Positions 9,628-20,036 are shown, numbered from the stretch's first letter. The stretch is DNA of 24,000 nucleotides from Escherichia coli (GCF_040549745.1 NZ_CP159641.1), one strand, 5' to 3'. Made by a program: numbers and translations. The notes: generated from the letters alone by a model not told the origin.

Positions 9628-9957
9628 TCATCGCCCATACTCATCTTCCATTCTCCGCTCTTCATCCTCCAGTTGCCGACGCTCCTGATCAAGCTGGCGC
9701 TGGCGATCGTCCAGCTGCCTGCGGCGATCTTCAAACTGGCGGCGGCGGTCGTCATATTGTCTGCGCCGATCGTCGCTCACTTCACGCTGCCAGCCGTCGT
9801 CGCGCGAATCTTCATAGTCTCGCCCACGGTCAGGGTTATAAGCGTCATTAATCGCCTGCTGAATATTGCCAATGGTGTCGTCGATAATATCGGCCTGGGC
9901 CGGAACGGTGGACAGCGTGAGCAGGGTGAATAAAAGAAATAGCGGAAAGCGTTTCAT
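9628..9957 (-). CDS. yjdP: Small secreted protein of unknown function YjdP (signal peptide plus charged heptad-repeat tail)
   Basis: 109 aa, MKRFPLFLLFTLLTLSTVPAQA/DIID..., with GAGG upstream of the ATG. The C-terminal half is DDRRRQY/DDRRRQF/EDRRRQL/DDRQRQL/DQERRQL/EDEERRM repeats. Confidence 0.85.
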   Translation of the reverse strand: MKRFPLFLLFTLLTLSTVPAQADIIDDTIGNIQQAINDAYNPDRGRDYEDSRDDGWQREVSDDRRRQYDDRRRQFEDRRRQLDDRQRQLDQERRQLEDEERRMEDEYGR

Positions 9958-10025
9958 TAGCCAACCTCAAAAAGAAACTCTATCCACATTAATCATTACT
10001 CATCCATGCAAGTAGTGGATGAATC

Positions 10026-10475
10026 TCAATTTCTCCGCTGCTCTATTGCCGTAATCGCCTCCACGCGTTGTTGATGACGACCGCCTTCGTACTGTGCGCC
10101 CAGCCACGCATCCACAATCATTTTTGCCAGTTCGAGGCCAACCACTCGTGAACCAAAAGCCAGCACGTTGGTGTCGTTATGCTGCCGCGAAAGTTGCGCG
10201 GAATAAGGTTCGCTACAGACGACCGCGCGAATTCCGGCAAACTTGTTCGCCGCTATCGAAATACCGACGCCAGTACCACAAATCAAAATCCCGCCATCAA
10301 CCTCTCCGCCAGCAACAGCCAGTGCGACTTGACTGGCGTAATGTGGATAATCAGTACGCTCTGACGACCAGGTTCCTTTATCAATCACTTCAACGCCACG
10401 CTCAACTAAATGTGCCACTATTTCATGTTTTAAAATGAAACCGACATGATCACAGCCAAATGCAATCTTTTTCAT
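10026..10475 (-). CDS. rpiB: Ribose-5-phosphate isomerase B / allose-6-phosphate isomerase
   Basis: 149 aa, MKKIAFGCDHVGFILKHEIVAHLVERGVEVIDKG...; RpiB/LacAB family with GGGGAAGA Shine-Dalgarno upstream. Confidence 0.95.
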   Translation of the reverse strand: MKKIAFGCDHVGFILKHEIVAHLVERGVEVIDKGTWSSERTDYPHYASQVALAVAGGEVDGGILICGTGVGISIAANKFAGIRAVVCSEPYSAQLSRQHNDTNVLAFGSRVVGLELAKMIVDAWLGAQYEGGRHQQRVEAITAIEQRRN

Positions 10476-10833
10476 TCATCTTCCCCGTCCGTGCAAAACT
10501 TCACAATCAAAAAACATTTGTGATGTTAATGAATTAAAAACACCCAAAATCGATGAATTACGCCTTCCTGACCTGTTTTACAGAGTTACATCTGACAGCG
10601 CAATAGCGTTAAAGACACTCACCATCCAGCAACATCTATCATCTAAAAAACCAGAAAAACAAATAACATCATGTTTTTAAACTAATTAAATGAAATAAAA
10701 TTTTAAGCCACTCGCCATTTTTCACAATAAAATAAACTTTATAAATTTTATTTTTTTGTGAAGTCGCCAGCATCTTTTCTGTTCTTGCTGTGGTGATATA
10801 GTGGCGTCTTCAATTCAAGGACAAGAGAACGTG
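10476..10833. promoter_or_regulatory. AT-rich divergent control region between rpiB and alsR, with inverted repeats sharing TTCACAA/TTGTGAA half-sites
   Basis: 358-bp non-coding, strongly AT-rich gap between divergent genes. It contains TCACAA-N11-TTGTGA at 10501-10523 and a 16-bp-arm palindrome TTCACAATAAAATAAA-N10-TTTATTTTTTTGTGAA at 10721-10762 (15/16 arm positions complementary). Exact promoters were not resolved. Confidence 0.5.
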
Positions 10834-11724
10834 ATGAGCCAGTCAGAGTTTGATTCAGCGCTTCCGAACGGTATAGGGTTAGCGCCTTACCTGCGAATGA
10901 AGCAGGAAGGAATGACAGAAAATGAAAGCCGCATCGTGGAGTGGTTACTCAAACCCGGTAACCTGAGTTGTGCACCCGCAATTAAAGATGTCGCAGAAGC
11001 TCTGGCGGTATCTGAAGCGATGATAGTTAAGGTATCAAAGCTGCTGGGGTTTAGCGGCTTTCGTAACTTACGCAGTGCGCTGGAAGATTATTTTTCTCAG
11101 TCAGAACAGGTATTGCCTTCCGAGTTGGCTTTTGATGAAGCGCCGCAGGATGTGGTGAATAAGGTATTTAACATCACTTTACGCACCATTATGGAAGGTC
11201 AGTCGATCGTCAACGTTGATGAGATCCACCGTGCCGCCCGCTTTTTCTATCAGGCCAGACAGCGGGATTTGTACGGTGCCGGAGGATCAAATGCTATCTG
11301 TGCTGATGTACAGCACAAGTTCTTGCGCATTGGCGTACGCTGTCAGGCCTATCCTGATGCTCACATCATGATGATGTCCGCTTCGTTGTTACAGGAAGGA
11401 GATGTTGTGCTGGTAGTGACCCATTCCGGGCGAACCAGTGATGTAAAAGCGGCCGTAGAACTGGCAAAAAAGAACGGGGCAAAGATTATTTGTATAACCC
11501 ATAGCTACCATTCACCGATAGCGAAACTGGCCGATTATATTATTTGCTCACCAGCCCCGGAAACGCCGTTATTAGGTCGTAATGCCTCGGCAAGAATATT
11601 ACAACTAACTTTGCTGGACGCTTTTTTTGTCTCTGTCGCCCAGCTCAACATTGAACAAGCTAATATTAATATGCAAAAAACCGGCGCAATTGTTGATTTC
11701 TTCTCACCAGGCGCGCTGAAATAA
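10834..11724 (+). CDS. alsR: RpiR-family (HTH_6 + SIS domain) repressor of rpiB and the D-allose operon
   Basis: MSQSEFDSALPNGIGLAPYLRMKQEGMTENESRIVEWLL...; 296 aa from ATG 10834. The GTG at 10801 in the ORF track is a less likely start. The SIS domain region is LYGAGGSNAICADVQHKF. Confidence 0.92.
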   Translation: MSQSEFDSALPNGIGLAPYLRMKQEGMTENESRIVEWLLKPGNLSCAPAIKDVAEALAVSEAMIVKVSKLLGFSGFRNLRSALEDYFSQSEQVLPSELAFDEAPQDVVNKVFNITLRTIMEGQSIVNVDEIHRAARFFYQARQRDLYGAGGSNAICADVQHKFLRIGVRCQAYPDAHIMMMSASLLQEGDVVLVVTHSGRTSDVKAAVELAKKNGAKIICITHSYHSPIAKLADYIICSPAPETPLLGRNASARILQLTLLDAFFVSVAQLNIEQANINMQKTGAIVDFFSPGALK

Positions 11725-11730
11725 GAAAAA

Positions 11731-11756
11731 GGTAATTCCGCCATCGCGGAGTTACC
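11731..11756 (+). other. Intercistronic stem-loop between alsR and alsB
   Basis: GGTAATTCCGC-CATC-GCGGAGTTACC forms an 11-bp stem with one G-U pair and a 4-nt loop. No U-tract follows, so it is not a canonical intrinsic terminator. Confidence 0.35.
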
Positions 11757-11782
11757 TGTCCCCTTACCGTGAGAACATTATT

Positions 11783-12718
11783 ATGAATAAATATCTGAAA
11801 TATTTCAGCGGCACACTCGTGGGCTTAATGTTGTCAACCAGCGCTTTTGCTGCCGCCGAATATGCTGTCGTATTGAAAACCCTCTCCAACCCATTTTGGG
11901 TAGATATGAAAAAAGGCATTGAAGATGAAGCAAAAACACTGGGCGTCAGCGTTGATATTTTTGCCTCTCCTTCAGAAGGCGATTTTCAATCTCAATTGCA
12001 GTTATTTGAAGATCTCAGTAATAAAAATTACAAAGGTATCGCCTTCGCTCCATTATCCTCAGTGAATCTGGTCATGCCTGTCGCCCGCGCATGGAAAAAA
12101 GGCATTTATCTGGTTAATCTCGATGAAAAAATCGACATGGATAATCTGAAAAAAGCTGGCGGCAATGTGGAAGCTTTTGTCACCACCGATAACGTTGCTG
12201 TCGGGGCGAAAGGCGCGTCGTTCATTATTGACAAATTGGGCGCTGAAGGTGGTGAAGTCGCAATCATTGAGGGTAAAGCCGGTAACGCCTCCGGTGAAGC
12301 GCGTCGTAATGGTGCCACCGAAGCCTTCAAAAAAGCAAGCCAGATCAAGCTTGTCGCCAGCCAGCCTGCCGACTGGGACCGCATTAAAGCACTGGATGTC
12401 GCCACTAACGTGTTGCAACGTAATCCGAATATTAAAGCGATCTATTGCGCGAATGACACGATGGCAATGGGTGTTGCTCAGGCAGTCGCAAACGCCGGAA
12501 AAACGGGAAAAGTGCTGGTCGTCGGTACAGATGGCATTCCGGAAGCCCGCAAAATGGTGGAAGCCGGACAAATGACCGCGACGGTTGCCCAGAGCCCGGC
12601 GGATATCGGCGCAACGGGTCTGAAGCTGATGGTTGACGCTGAGAAATCCGGCAAGGTTATCCCGCTGGATAAAGCACCGGAATTTAAACTGGTCGATTCA
12701 ATCCTGGTCACTCAATAA
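11783..12718 (+). CDS. alsB: D-allose ABC transporter periplasmic binding protein
   Basis: 311 aa with signal peptide MNKYLKYFSGTLVGLMLSTSAFA/AAEY. It has a periplasmic sugar-binding (RbsB-like) fold and is recognised as AlsB. Confidence 0.95.
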   Translation: MNKYLKYFSGTLVGLMLSTSAFAAAEYAVVLKTLSNPFWVDMKKGIEDEAKTLGVSVDIFASPSEGDFQSQLQLFEDLSNKNYKGIAFAPLSSVNLVMPVARAWKKGIYLVNLDEKIDMDNLKKAGGNVEAFVTTDNVAVGAKGASFIIDKLGAEGGEVAIIEGKAGNASGEARRNGATEAFKKASQIKLVASQPADWDRIKALDVATNVLQRNPNIKAIYCANDTMAMGVAQAVANAGKTGKVLVVGTDGIPEARKMVEAGQMTATVAQSPADIGATGLKLMVDAEKSGKVIPLDKAPEFKLVDSILVTQ

Positions 12719-12726
12719 AACTGAAT

Positions 12727-12812
12727 GATGCCGGATGATGATGCTAATGAAGTGTCTTATCCGGCCAACAAAATAACCTGAACGTAGACCTGATAAATGT
12801 AGCCATCAGGCA
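12727..12812. repeat. BIME-like pair of degenerate REP units between alsB and alsA
   Basis: GATGCCGGATGATGATGCTAATGAAGTGTCTTATCCGGCCAAC and GTAGACCTGATAAATGTAGCCATCAGGC have REP-type stems (GCCGGAT...ATCCGGC; ACCTGAT...ATCAGG). Confidence 0.75.
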
Positions 12813-13192
12813 ATAATACGATATTTCGTGCAGAGAGGTTATTTATGGCCACGCCATATATATCGATGGCGGGGATCGGCAAGTCCTTTGGTCCGGTTCA
12901 CGCATTAAAGTCGGTTAATTTAACGGTTTATCCTGGTGAAATACATGCATTACTAGGAGAAAATGGCGCGGGTAAATCCACGCTAATGAAAGTTTTATCC
13001 GGAATACATGAGCCGACCAAAGGCACCATTACCATTAATAACATTAGCTATAACAAGCTGGATCATAAATTAGCGGCACAACTCGGTATCGGGATTATTT
13101 ATCAGGAACTCAGCGTTATTGATGAATTAACCGTACTGGAAAATTTATATATTGGTCGTCATCTGACGAAAAAAATCGGTAATGACTCCAAC

Positions 13193-13696
13193 TTATTGAT
13201 AGTGTTTTATGTTCAGATAATGCCCGATGACTTTGTCATGCAGCTCCACCGATTTTGAGAACGACAGCGACTTCCGTCCCAGCCGTGCCAGGTGCTGCCT
13301 CAGATTCAGGTTATGCCGCTCAATTCGCTGCGTATATCGCTTGCTGATTACGTGCAGCTTTCCCTTCAGGCGGGATTCATACAGCGGCCAGCCATCCGTC
13401 ATCCATATCACCACGTCAAAGGGTGACAGCAGGCTCATAAGACGCCCCAGCGTCGCCATCGTGCGTTCACCGAATACGTGCGCAACAACCGTCTTCCGGA
13501 GCCTGTCATACGCGTAAAACAGCCAGCGCTGGCGCGATTTAGCCCCGACATAGCCCCACTGTTCGTCCATTTCCGCGCAGACGATGACGTCACTGCCCGG
13601 CTGTATGCGCGAGGTTACCGACTGCGGCCTGAGTTTTTTAAGTGACGTAAAATCGTGTTGAGGCCAACGCCCATAATGCGGGCAGTTGCCCGGCAT
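13193..13696 (-). CDS. insB: IS1 InsB reading frame (expressed as the InsAB' fusion by -1 frameshifting)
   Basis: 167-aa ORF, ...[36 protein letters not shown]...; canonical InsB that overlaps the insA 3' end in the -1 frame. Confidence 0.93.
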
Positions 13697-13890
13697 CCAA
13701 CGCCATTCATGGCCATATCAATGATTTTCTGGTGCGTACCGGGTTGAGAAGCGGTGTAAGTGAACTGCAGTTGCCATGTTTTACGGCAGTGAGAGCAGAG
13801 ATAGCGCTGATGTCCGGCGGTGCTTTTGCCGTTACGCACCACCCCGTCAGTAGCTGAACAGGAGGGACAGCTGATAGAAACAGAAGCCAC
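13615..13890 (-). CDS. insA: IS1 InsA (transposition inhibitor / N-terminal part of InsAB' transposase)
   Basis: 91 aa, [43 protein letters not shown]...; canonical InsA with a zinc-finger CxxC...CxxC. Confidence 0.95.
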
Positions 13891-15131
13891 TGGAGCACCT
13901 CAAAAACACCATCATACACTAAATCAGTAAGTTGGCAGCATCACCAAAAAATCTGTGGCGTCAATATTATCGACTGGCGAGAAATGCGTGTCCGCGCCGC
14001 CATGATGTTATTACGCGTGGGCTTGAAAGTTGATCTAGATGAGAAAGTGGCGAATTTATCTATCAGCCACAAGCAGATGCTAGAAATTGCCAAAACGCTG
14101 ATGCTCGATGCCAAAGTCATCATCATGGATGAACCCACCTCCTCACTCACCAATAAAGAGGTGGACTATCTGTTTCTGATCATGAATCAGTTGCGTAAAG
14201 AGGGTACGGCCATCGTCTATATCTCGCATAAGTTGGCGGAAATTCGCCGTATTTGCGACCGCTATACGGTGATGAAAGACGGCAGCAGCGTTTGCAGCGG
14301 CATAGTAAGCGATGTGTCAAATGACGATATCGTCCGTCTGATGGTAGGCCGCGAACTGCAAAACCGTTTTAACGCGATGAAGGAGAATGTCAGCAACCTT
14401 GCGCACGAAACGGTTTTTGAGGTGCGGAACGTCACCAGTCGTGACAGAAAAAAGGTCCGGGATATCTCATTTAGCGTCTGCCGGGGAGAAATATTAGGCT
14501 TTGCCGGACTGGTCGGTTCCGGACGTACTGAACTGATGAATTGTCTGTTTGGCGTGGATAAACGCGCTGGCGGAGAAATCCGTCTTAATGGCAAAGATAT
14601 CTCTCCACGTTCACCCCTGGATGCCGTGAAAAAAGGGATGGCTTACATCACTGAAAGCCGCCGGGATAACGGTTTTTTCCCCAACTTTTCCATCGCTCAG
14701 AACATGGCGATCAGCCGCAGTCTGAAAGACGGCGGCTATAAAGGCGCGATGGGCTTGTTTCATGAAGTTGACGAGCAACGTACCGCTGAAAATCAACGCG
14801 AACTGCTGGCGCTGAAATGTCATTCGGTAAACCAGAATATCACCGAACTCTCCGGGGGAAATCAGCAGAAAGTCCTGATCTCCAAATGGCTGTGCTGTTG
14901 CCCGGAAGTGATTATTTTCGATGAACCTACCCGCGGCATCGACGTTGGCGCGAAAGCCGAAATTTACAAAGTGATGCGCCAACTGGCGGACGACGGAAAA
15001 GTCATCCTGATGGTGTCATCTGAACTACCTGAAATTATCACCGTCTGCGACCGCATCGCCGTGTTCTGCGAAGGACGACTGACGCAAATCCTGACGAATC
15101 GCGATGACATGAGCGAAGAGGAGATTATGGC

Positions 15132-16112
15132 ATGGGCTTTACCACAAGAGTAAAAAGCGAAGCGAGCGAGAAGAAACCGTTCAACTTTGCGCTGTTCTGG
15201 GATAAATACGGCACCTTTTTTATCCTGGCGATCATCGTCGCCATCTTTGGTTCGCTGTCACCAGAATATTTTCTGACCACCAATAATATTACCCAGATTT
15301 TTGTTCAAAGCTCCGTGACGGTATTGATCGGCATGGGCGAGTTTTTCGCTATCCTGGTCGCTGGTATCGACCTCTCGGTTGGCGCGATTCTGGCGCTTTC
15401 CGGTATGGTGACCGCCAAACTGATGTTGGCAGGTGTTGACCCGTTTCTCGCAGCGATGATTGGCGGTGTACTGGTTGGCGGCGCACTGGGGGCGATCAAC
15501 GGCTGCCTGGTCAACTGGACGGGGCTACACCCGTTCATCATCACCCTTGGCACCAACGCGATTTTCCGTGGGATCACGCTGGTGATCTCCGATGCCAACT
15601 CGGTATACGGCTTCTCATTTGACTTCGTGAACTTCTTTGCCGCCAGCGTAATTGGGATACCTGTCCCCGTTATCTTCTCACTAATTGTCGCTCTCATCCT
15701 TTGGTTTCTGACAACGCGTATGCGGCTCGGGCGCAACATCTACGCACTGGGCGGCAACAAAAATTCGGCGTTCTATTCCGGGATTGACGTGAAATTCCAC
15801 ATCCTGGTGGTGTTTATCATCTCCGGTGTTTGTGCAGGTCTGGCAGGCGTCGTCTCAACTGCACGACTCGGTGCCGCAGAACCGCTTGCCGGTATGGGTT
15901 TTGAAACCTATGCCATTGCCAGCGCCATCATTGGCGGCACCAGTTTCTTCGGCGGCAAGGGGCGCATTTTCTCTGTGGTGATTGGCGGGTTGATCATCGG
16001 CACCATCAACAACGGTCTGAATATTTTGCAGGTACAAACCTATTACCAACTGGTGGTGATGGGCGGATTAATTATCGCGGCTGTCGCCCTTGACCGTCTT
16101 ATCAGTAAGTAA
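15132..16112 (+). CDS. alsC: D-allose ABC transporter permease
   Basis: 326 aa, MGFTTRVKSEASEKKPFNFALFWDKYGTFFILAI...; RbsC-type multi-TM permease. It overlaps the alsA 3' end by 22 nt. Confidence 0.94.
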   Translation: MGFTTRVKSEASEKKPFNFALFWDKYGTFFILAIIVAIFGSLSPEYFLTTNNITQIFVQSSVTVLIGMGEFFAILVAGIDLSVGAILALSGMVTAKLMLAGVDPFLAAMIGGVLVGGALGAINGCLVNWTGLHPFIITLGTNAIFRGITLVISDANSVYGFSFDFVNFFAASVIGIPVPVIFSLIVALILWFLTTRMRLGRNIYALGGNKNSAFYSGIDVKFHILVVFIISGVCAGLAGVVSTARLGAAEPLAGMGFETYAIASAIIGGTSFFGGKGRIFSVVIGGLIIGTINNGLNILQVQTYYQLVVMGGLIIAAVALDRLISK

Positions 16113-16122
16113 GGAATTGAAC

Positions 16123-17731
<1,609 letters not shown>

Positions 17732-17738
17732 GTAAAAC

Positions 17739-17773
17739 GTTGGCACAGTAGCGCAATGTCCCGCTGTGCCAAC
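17739..17773 (+). terminator. Possible hairpin terminator downstream of alsK
   Basis: GTTGGCACAG-N15-CTGTGCCAAC forms a perfect 10-bp stem 8 nt after the alsK stop. It has a large loop and no U-tract, so the call is weak. Confidence 0.3.
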
Positions 17774-18003
17774 GACAGGTACAATATATATAATAAACAC
17801 ATAAAACGACTCATATTATTTTCTGCAATGATAGTTTTACTGTAATTTTCCCTCTTCAGCACAAATGCCTAATAAAATGGCGCGTTCCGCTCACACTTCC
17901 ACTTATTAAAGTCGCAATTTCCCAATTATGATAACGCCAGCTTTAAATGACGTATTTTGCATGGATTACATATTTACGACATAAATGATAAATGGAGATT
18001 TAT

Positions 18004-19989
18004 ATGAATAACTCTCGGTTATTCCGTTTGAGCAGGATTGTTATTGCGTTAACTGCCGCCAGCGGCATGATGGTAAATACCGCTAACGCGAAAGAGGAAG
18101 CGAAAGCCGCCACTCAATATACCCAACAGGTTAATCAGAATTACGCCAAATCATTACCGTTTAGCGATCGTCAGGATTTTGACGATGCCCAGCGTGGATT
18201 TATCGCCCCGCTGCTGGATGAAGGTATTCTGCGTGATGCGAACGGTAAAGTTTACTACCGCGCGGACGATTACAAATTTGATATTAATGCCGCAGCGCCG
18301 GAAACCGTAAACCCCAGCCTGTGGCGTCAGTCGCAAATCAACGGTATTTCTGGCCTGTTCAAAGTCACCGATAAAATGTATCAGGTGCGCGGCCAGGATA
18401 TCTCTAACATTACGTTCGTTGAGGGCGAGAAAGGCATTATTGTTATCGACCCGCTGGTGACGCCGCCTGCCGCAAAAGCCGCACTTGACCTTTACTTCCA
18501 GCATCGTCCGCAAAAACCGATTGTTGCCGTTATCTACACTCACAGCCACACCGACCACTATGGTGGCGTGAAAGGCATTATCTCTGAAGCCGATGTTAAA
18601 TCCGGCAAAGTTCAGGTGATTGCCCCTGCAGGCTTTATGGACGAAGCCATCAGCGAAAACGTGCTGGCGGGTAACATCATGAGCCGCCGTGCGCTCTACT
18701 CTTACGGTCTGTTACTGCCGCACAACGCGCAAGGCAACGTGGGTAATGGCCTTGGCGTGACGCTGGCAACGGGCGACCCGAGCATTATTGCACCGACTAA
18801 AACTATCGTCCGAACTGGCGAGAAGATGATTATCGACGGCCTGGAGTTTGACTTCCTGATGACCCCAGGTAGCGAAGCGCCAGCCGAAATGCACTTCTAT
18901 ATTCCGGCCCTGAAAGCCCTGTGTACCGCCGAGAACGCCACGCATACCCTGCACAACTTCTACACTCTACGCGGCGCGAAAACCCGCGACACCAGCAAGT
19001 GGACCGAGTATCTGAACGAAACGCTGGATATGTGGGGTAACGACGCGGAAGTCCTGTTTATGCCGCACACCTGGCCGGTCTGGGGCAATAAGCATATCAA
19101 TGATTATATTGGTAAATATCGCGATACTATCAAGTACATTCACGACCAGACCCTGCACCTGGCGAACCAGGGCTACACCATGAATGAAATCGGCGACATG
19201 ATTAAGCTGCCGCCTGCACTTGCCAATAACTGGGCCAGCCGTGGCTATTACGGTTCTGTCAGCCACAACGCCCGCGCGGTGTATAACTTCTATCTTGGCT
19301 ATTACGACGGTAACCCGGCTAACCTGCATCCGTATGGTCAGGTGGAGATGGGTAAACGTTACGTGCAGGCGCTGGGCGGTTCTGCCCGTGTCATCAACCT
19401 GGCGCAAGAAGCGAACAAGCAAGGTGATTACCGCTGGTCGGCAGAACTGCTGAAACAGGTGATTGCCGCCAACCCGGGTGACCAGGTCGCGAAGAATCTG
19501 CAAGCGAATAACTTTGAACAGCTGGGCTATCAGGCCGAGTCCGCCACCTGGCGCGGTTTCTACCTGACCGGCGCGAAAGAGCTGCGCGAAGGGGTGCATA
19601 AGTTCAGCCACGGCACCACCGGTTCCCCGGACACCATTCGCGGGATGTCGGTCGAAATGCTGTTCGACTTTATGTCCGTTCGCCTCGATAGCGCGAAAGC
19701 CGCGGGTAAAAATATCAGCCTGAACTTCAATATGGGCAACGGCGATAACCTCAACCTGACGCTGAACGATAGTGTGCTTAACTACCGGAAAACGCTGCAA
19801 CCGCAAGCCAACGCCTCTTTCTACATCAGCCGTGAAGATCTGCACGCCGTGCTGACCGGACAGGCAAAAATGGCGGATCTGGTAAAAGCGAAGAAAGCCA
19901 AAATTATTGGCAATGGCGCGAAACTGGAAGAAATTATTGCCTGTCTGGATAATTTCGATTTGTGGGTGAATATCGTAACCCCAAATTAA
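18004..19989 (+). CDS. yjcS: Periplasmic metallo-beta-lactamase-fold (type III, SdsA1-like) alkylsulfatase
   Basis: [32 protein letters not shown]...; 661 aa from ATG 18004 with GGAG Shine-Dalgarno. It has a signal peptide and the MBL zinc motif [11 protein letters not shown]. The C-terminal region is typical of alkylsulfatase dimerisation/SCP2-like domains. Confidence 0.9.
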   Translation: MNNSRLFRLSRIVIALTAASGMMVNTANAKEEAKAATQYTQQVNQNYAKSLPFSDRQDFDDAQRGFIAPLLDEGILRDANGKVYYRADDYKFDINAAAPETVNPSLWRQSQINGISGLFKVTDKMYQVRGQDISNITFVEGEKGIIVIDPLVTPPAAKAALDLYFQHRPQKPIVAVIYTHSHTDHYGGVKGIISEADVKSGKVQVIAPAGFMDEAISENVLAGNIMSRRALYSYGLLLPHNAQGNVGNGLGVTLATGDPSIIAPTKTIVRTGEKMIIDGLEFDFLMTPGSEAPAEMHFYIPALKALCTAENATHTLHNFYTLRGAKTRDTSKWTEYLNETLDMWGNDAEVLFMPHTWPVWGNKHINDYIGKYRDTIKYIHDQTLHLANQGYTMNEIGDMIKLPPALANNWASRGYYGSVSHNARAVYNFYLGYYDGNPANLHPYGQVEMGKRYVQALGGSARVINLAQEANKQGDYRWSAELLKQVIAANPGDQVAKNLQANNFEQLGYQAESATWRGFYLTGAKELREGVHKFSHGTTGSPDTIRGMSVEMLFDFMSVRLDSAKAAGKNISLNFNMGNGDNLNLTLNDSVLNYRKTLQPQANASFYISREDLHAVLTGQAKMADLVKAKKAKIIGNGAKLEEIIACLDNFDLWVNIVTPN

Positions 19990-19997
19990 TGCCACTC

Positions 19998-20036
19998 GCT
20001 TTTGGGGGCGCTGAAGCCCCCAAAAGCATTTATTTT
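19998..20036 (+). terminator. Rho-independent terminator of yjcS
   Basis: GCTTTTGGGGGC-GCTGAA-GCCCCCAAAAGC is a perfect 12-bp GC-rich stem followed by ATTTATTTT, 9 nt after the yjcS stop. Confidence 0.8.

Larger units (their letters stand above)
13178..13945 (-). mobile_element. Complete IS1 insertion sequence (768 bp)
   Basis: Terminal inverted repeats are GGTAATGACTCCAACTTATTGAT (13178-13200) and the reverse complement of GGTGATGCTGCCAACTTACTGAT (13923-13945). insA and insB lie on the minus strand. The TTAAAAAAC slippery site (plus strand GTTTTTTAA, 13632-13640) is in the insA/insB overlap. The element is flanked by AAAAAATC at 13170-13177 and 13946-13953. Confidence 0.97.
12845..15153 (+). 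pseudogene. alsA: D-allose ABC transporter ATPase alsA, interrupted by IS1 after codon 111
   Basis: The N-terminal fragment 12845-13177 (MATPYISMAGIGKSF...GENGAGKST...GRHLTKKI) runs into IS1 and terminates at 13258. AlsA sequence resumes at 13954 (CGVNIIDWREMRVRAAMM...) and runs to TAA 15153. Removing the 768-bp IS1 and one 8-bp repeat copy restores a 1533-nt, 510-aa ORF. Confidence 0.93.

Noticed and set aside
9441-9933. Plus-strand ORFs 9441-9851 (136 aa) and 9607-9933 (108 aa)
   Set aside because: They run through the GC-rich palindromes and the antisense strand of yjdP. The minus-strand yjdP has a signal peptide, a Shine-Dalgarno sequence and a coherent repeat structure, so the plus-strand frames are mirror images of its 21-nt repeat.
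9958-10025. Small imperfect hairpin (TCATCCAT...GTGGATGA) between yjdP and rpiB as the rpiB terminator
   Set aside because: The stem is short with a mismatch and has no clear U-tract on the minus strand, so it is not strong enough to call.
12165-12575. 136-aa alternative-frame plus-strand ORF inside alsB
   Set aside because: It is fully embedded in the alsB coding frame, has a basic low-complexity composition and has no start context.
13227-13517. 96-aa plus-strand ORF inside IS1
   Set aside because: It is antisense to insB within a canonical IS1, and no such gene is part of the known IS1 coding repertoire.
18967-19995. 342-aa ORF on the minus strand
   Set aside because: It is antisense to yjcS, has no recognisable domain, and runs through the yjcS terminator. 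It is a shadow ORF.
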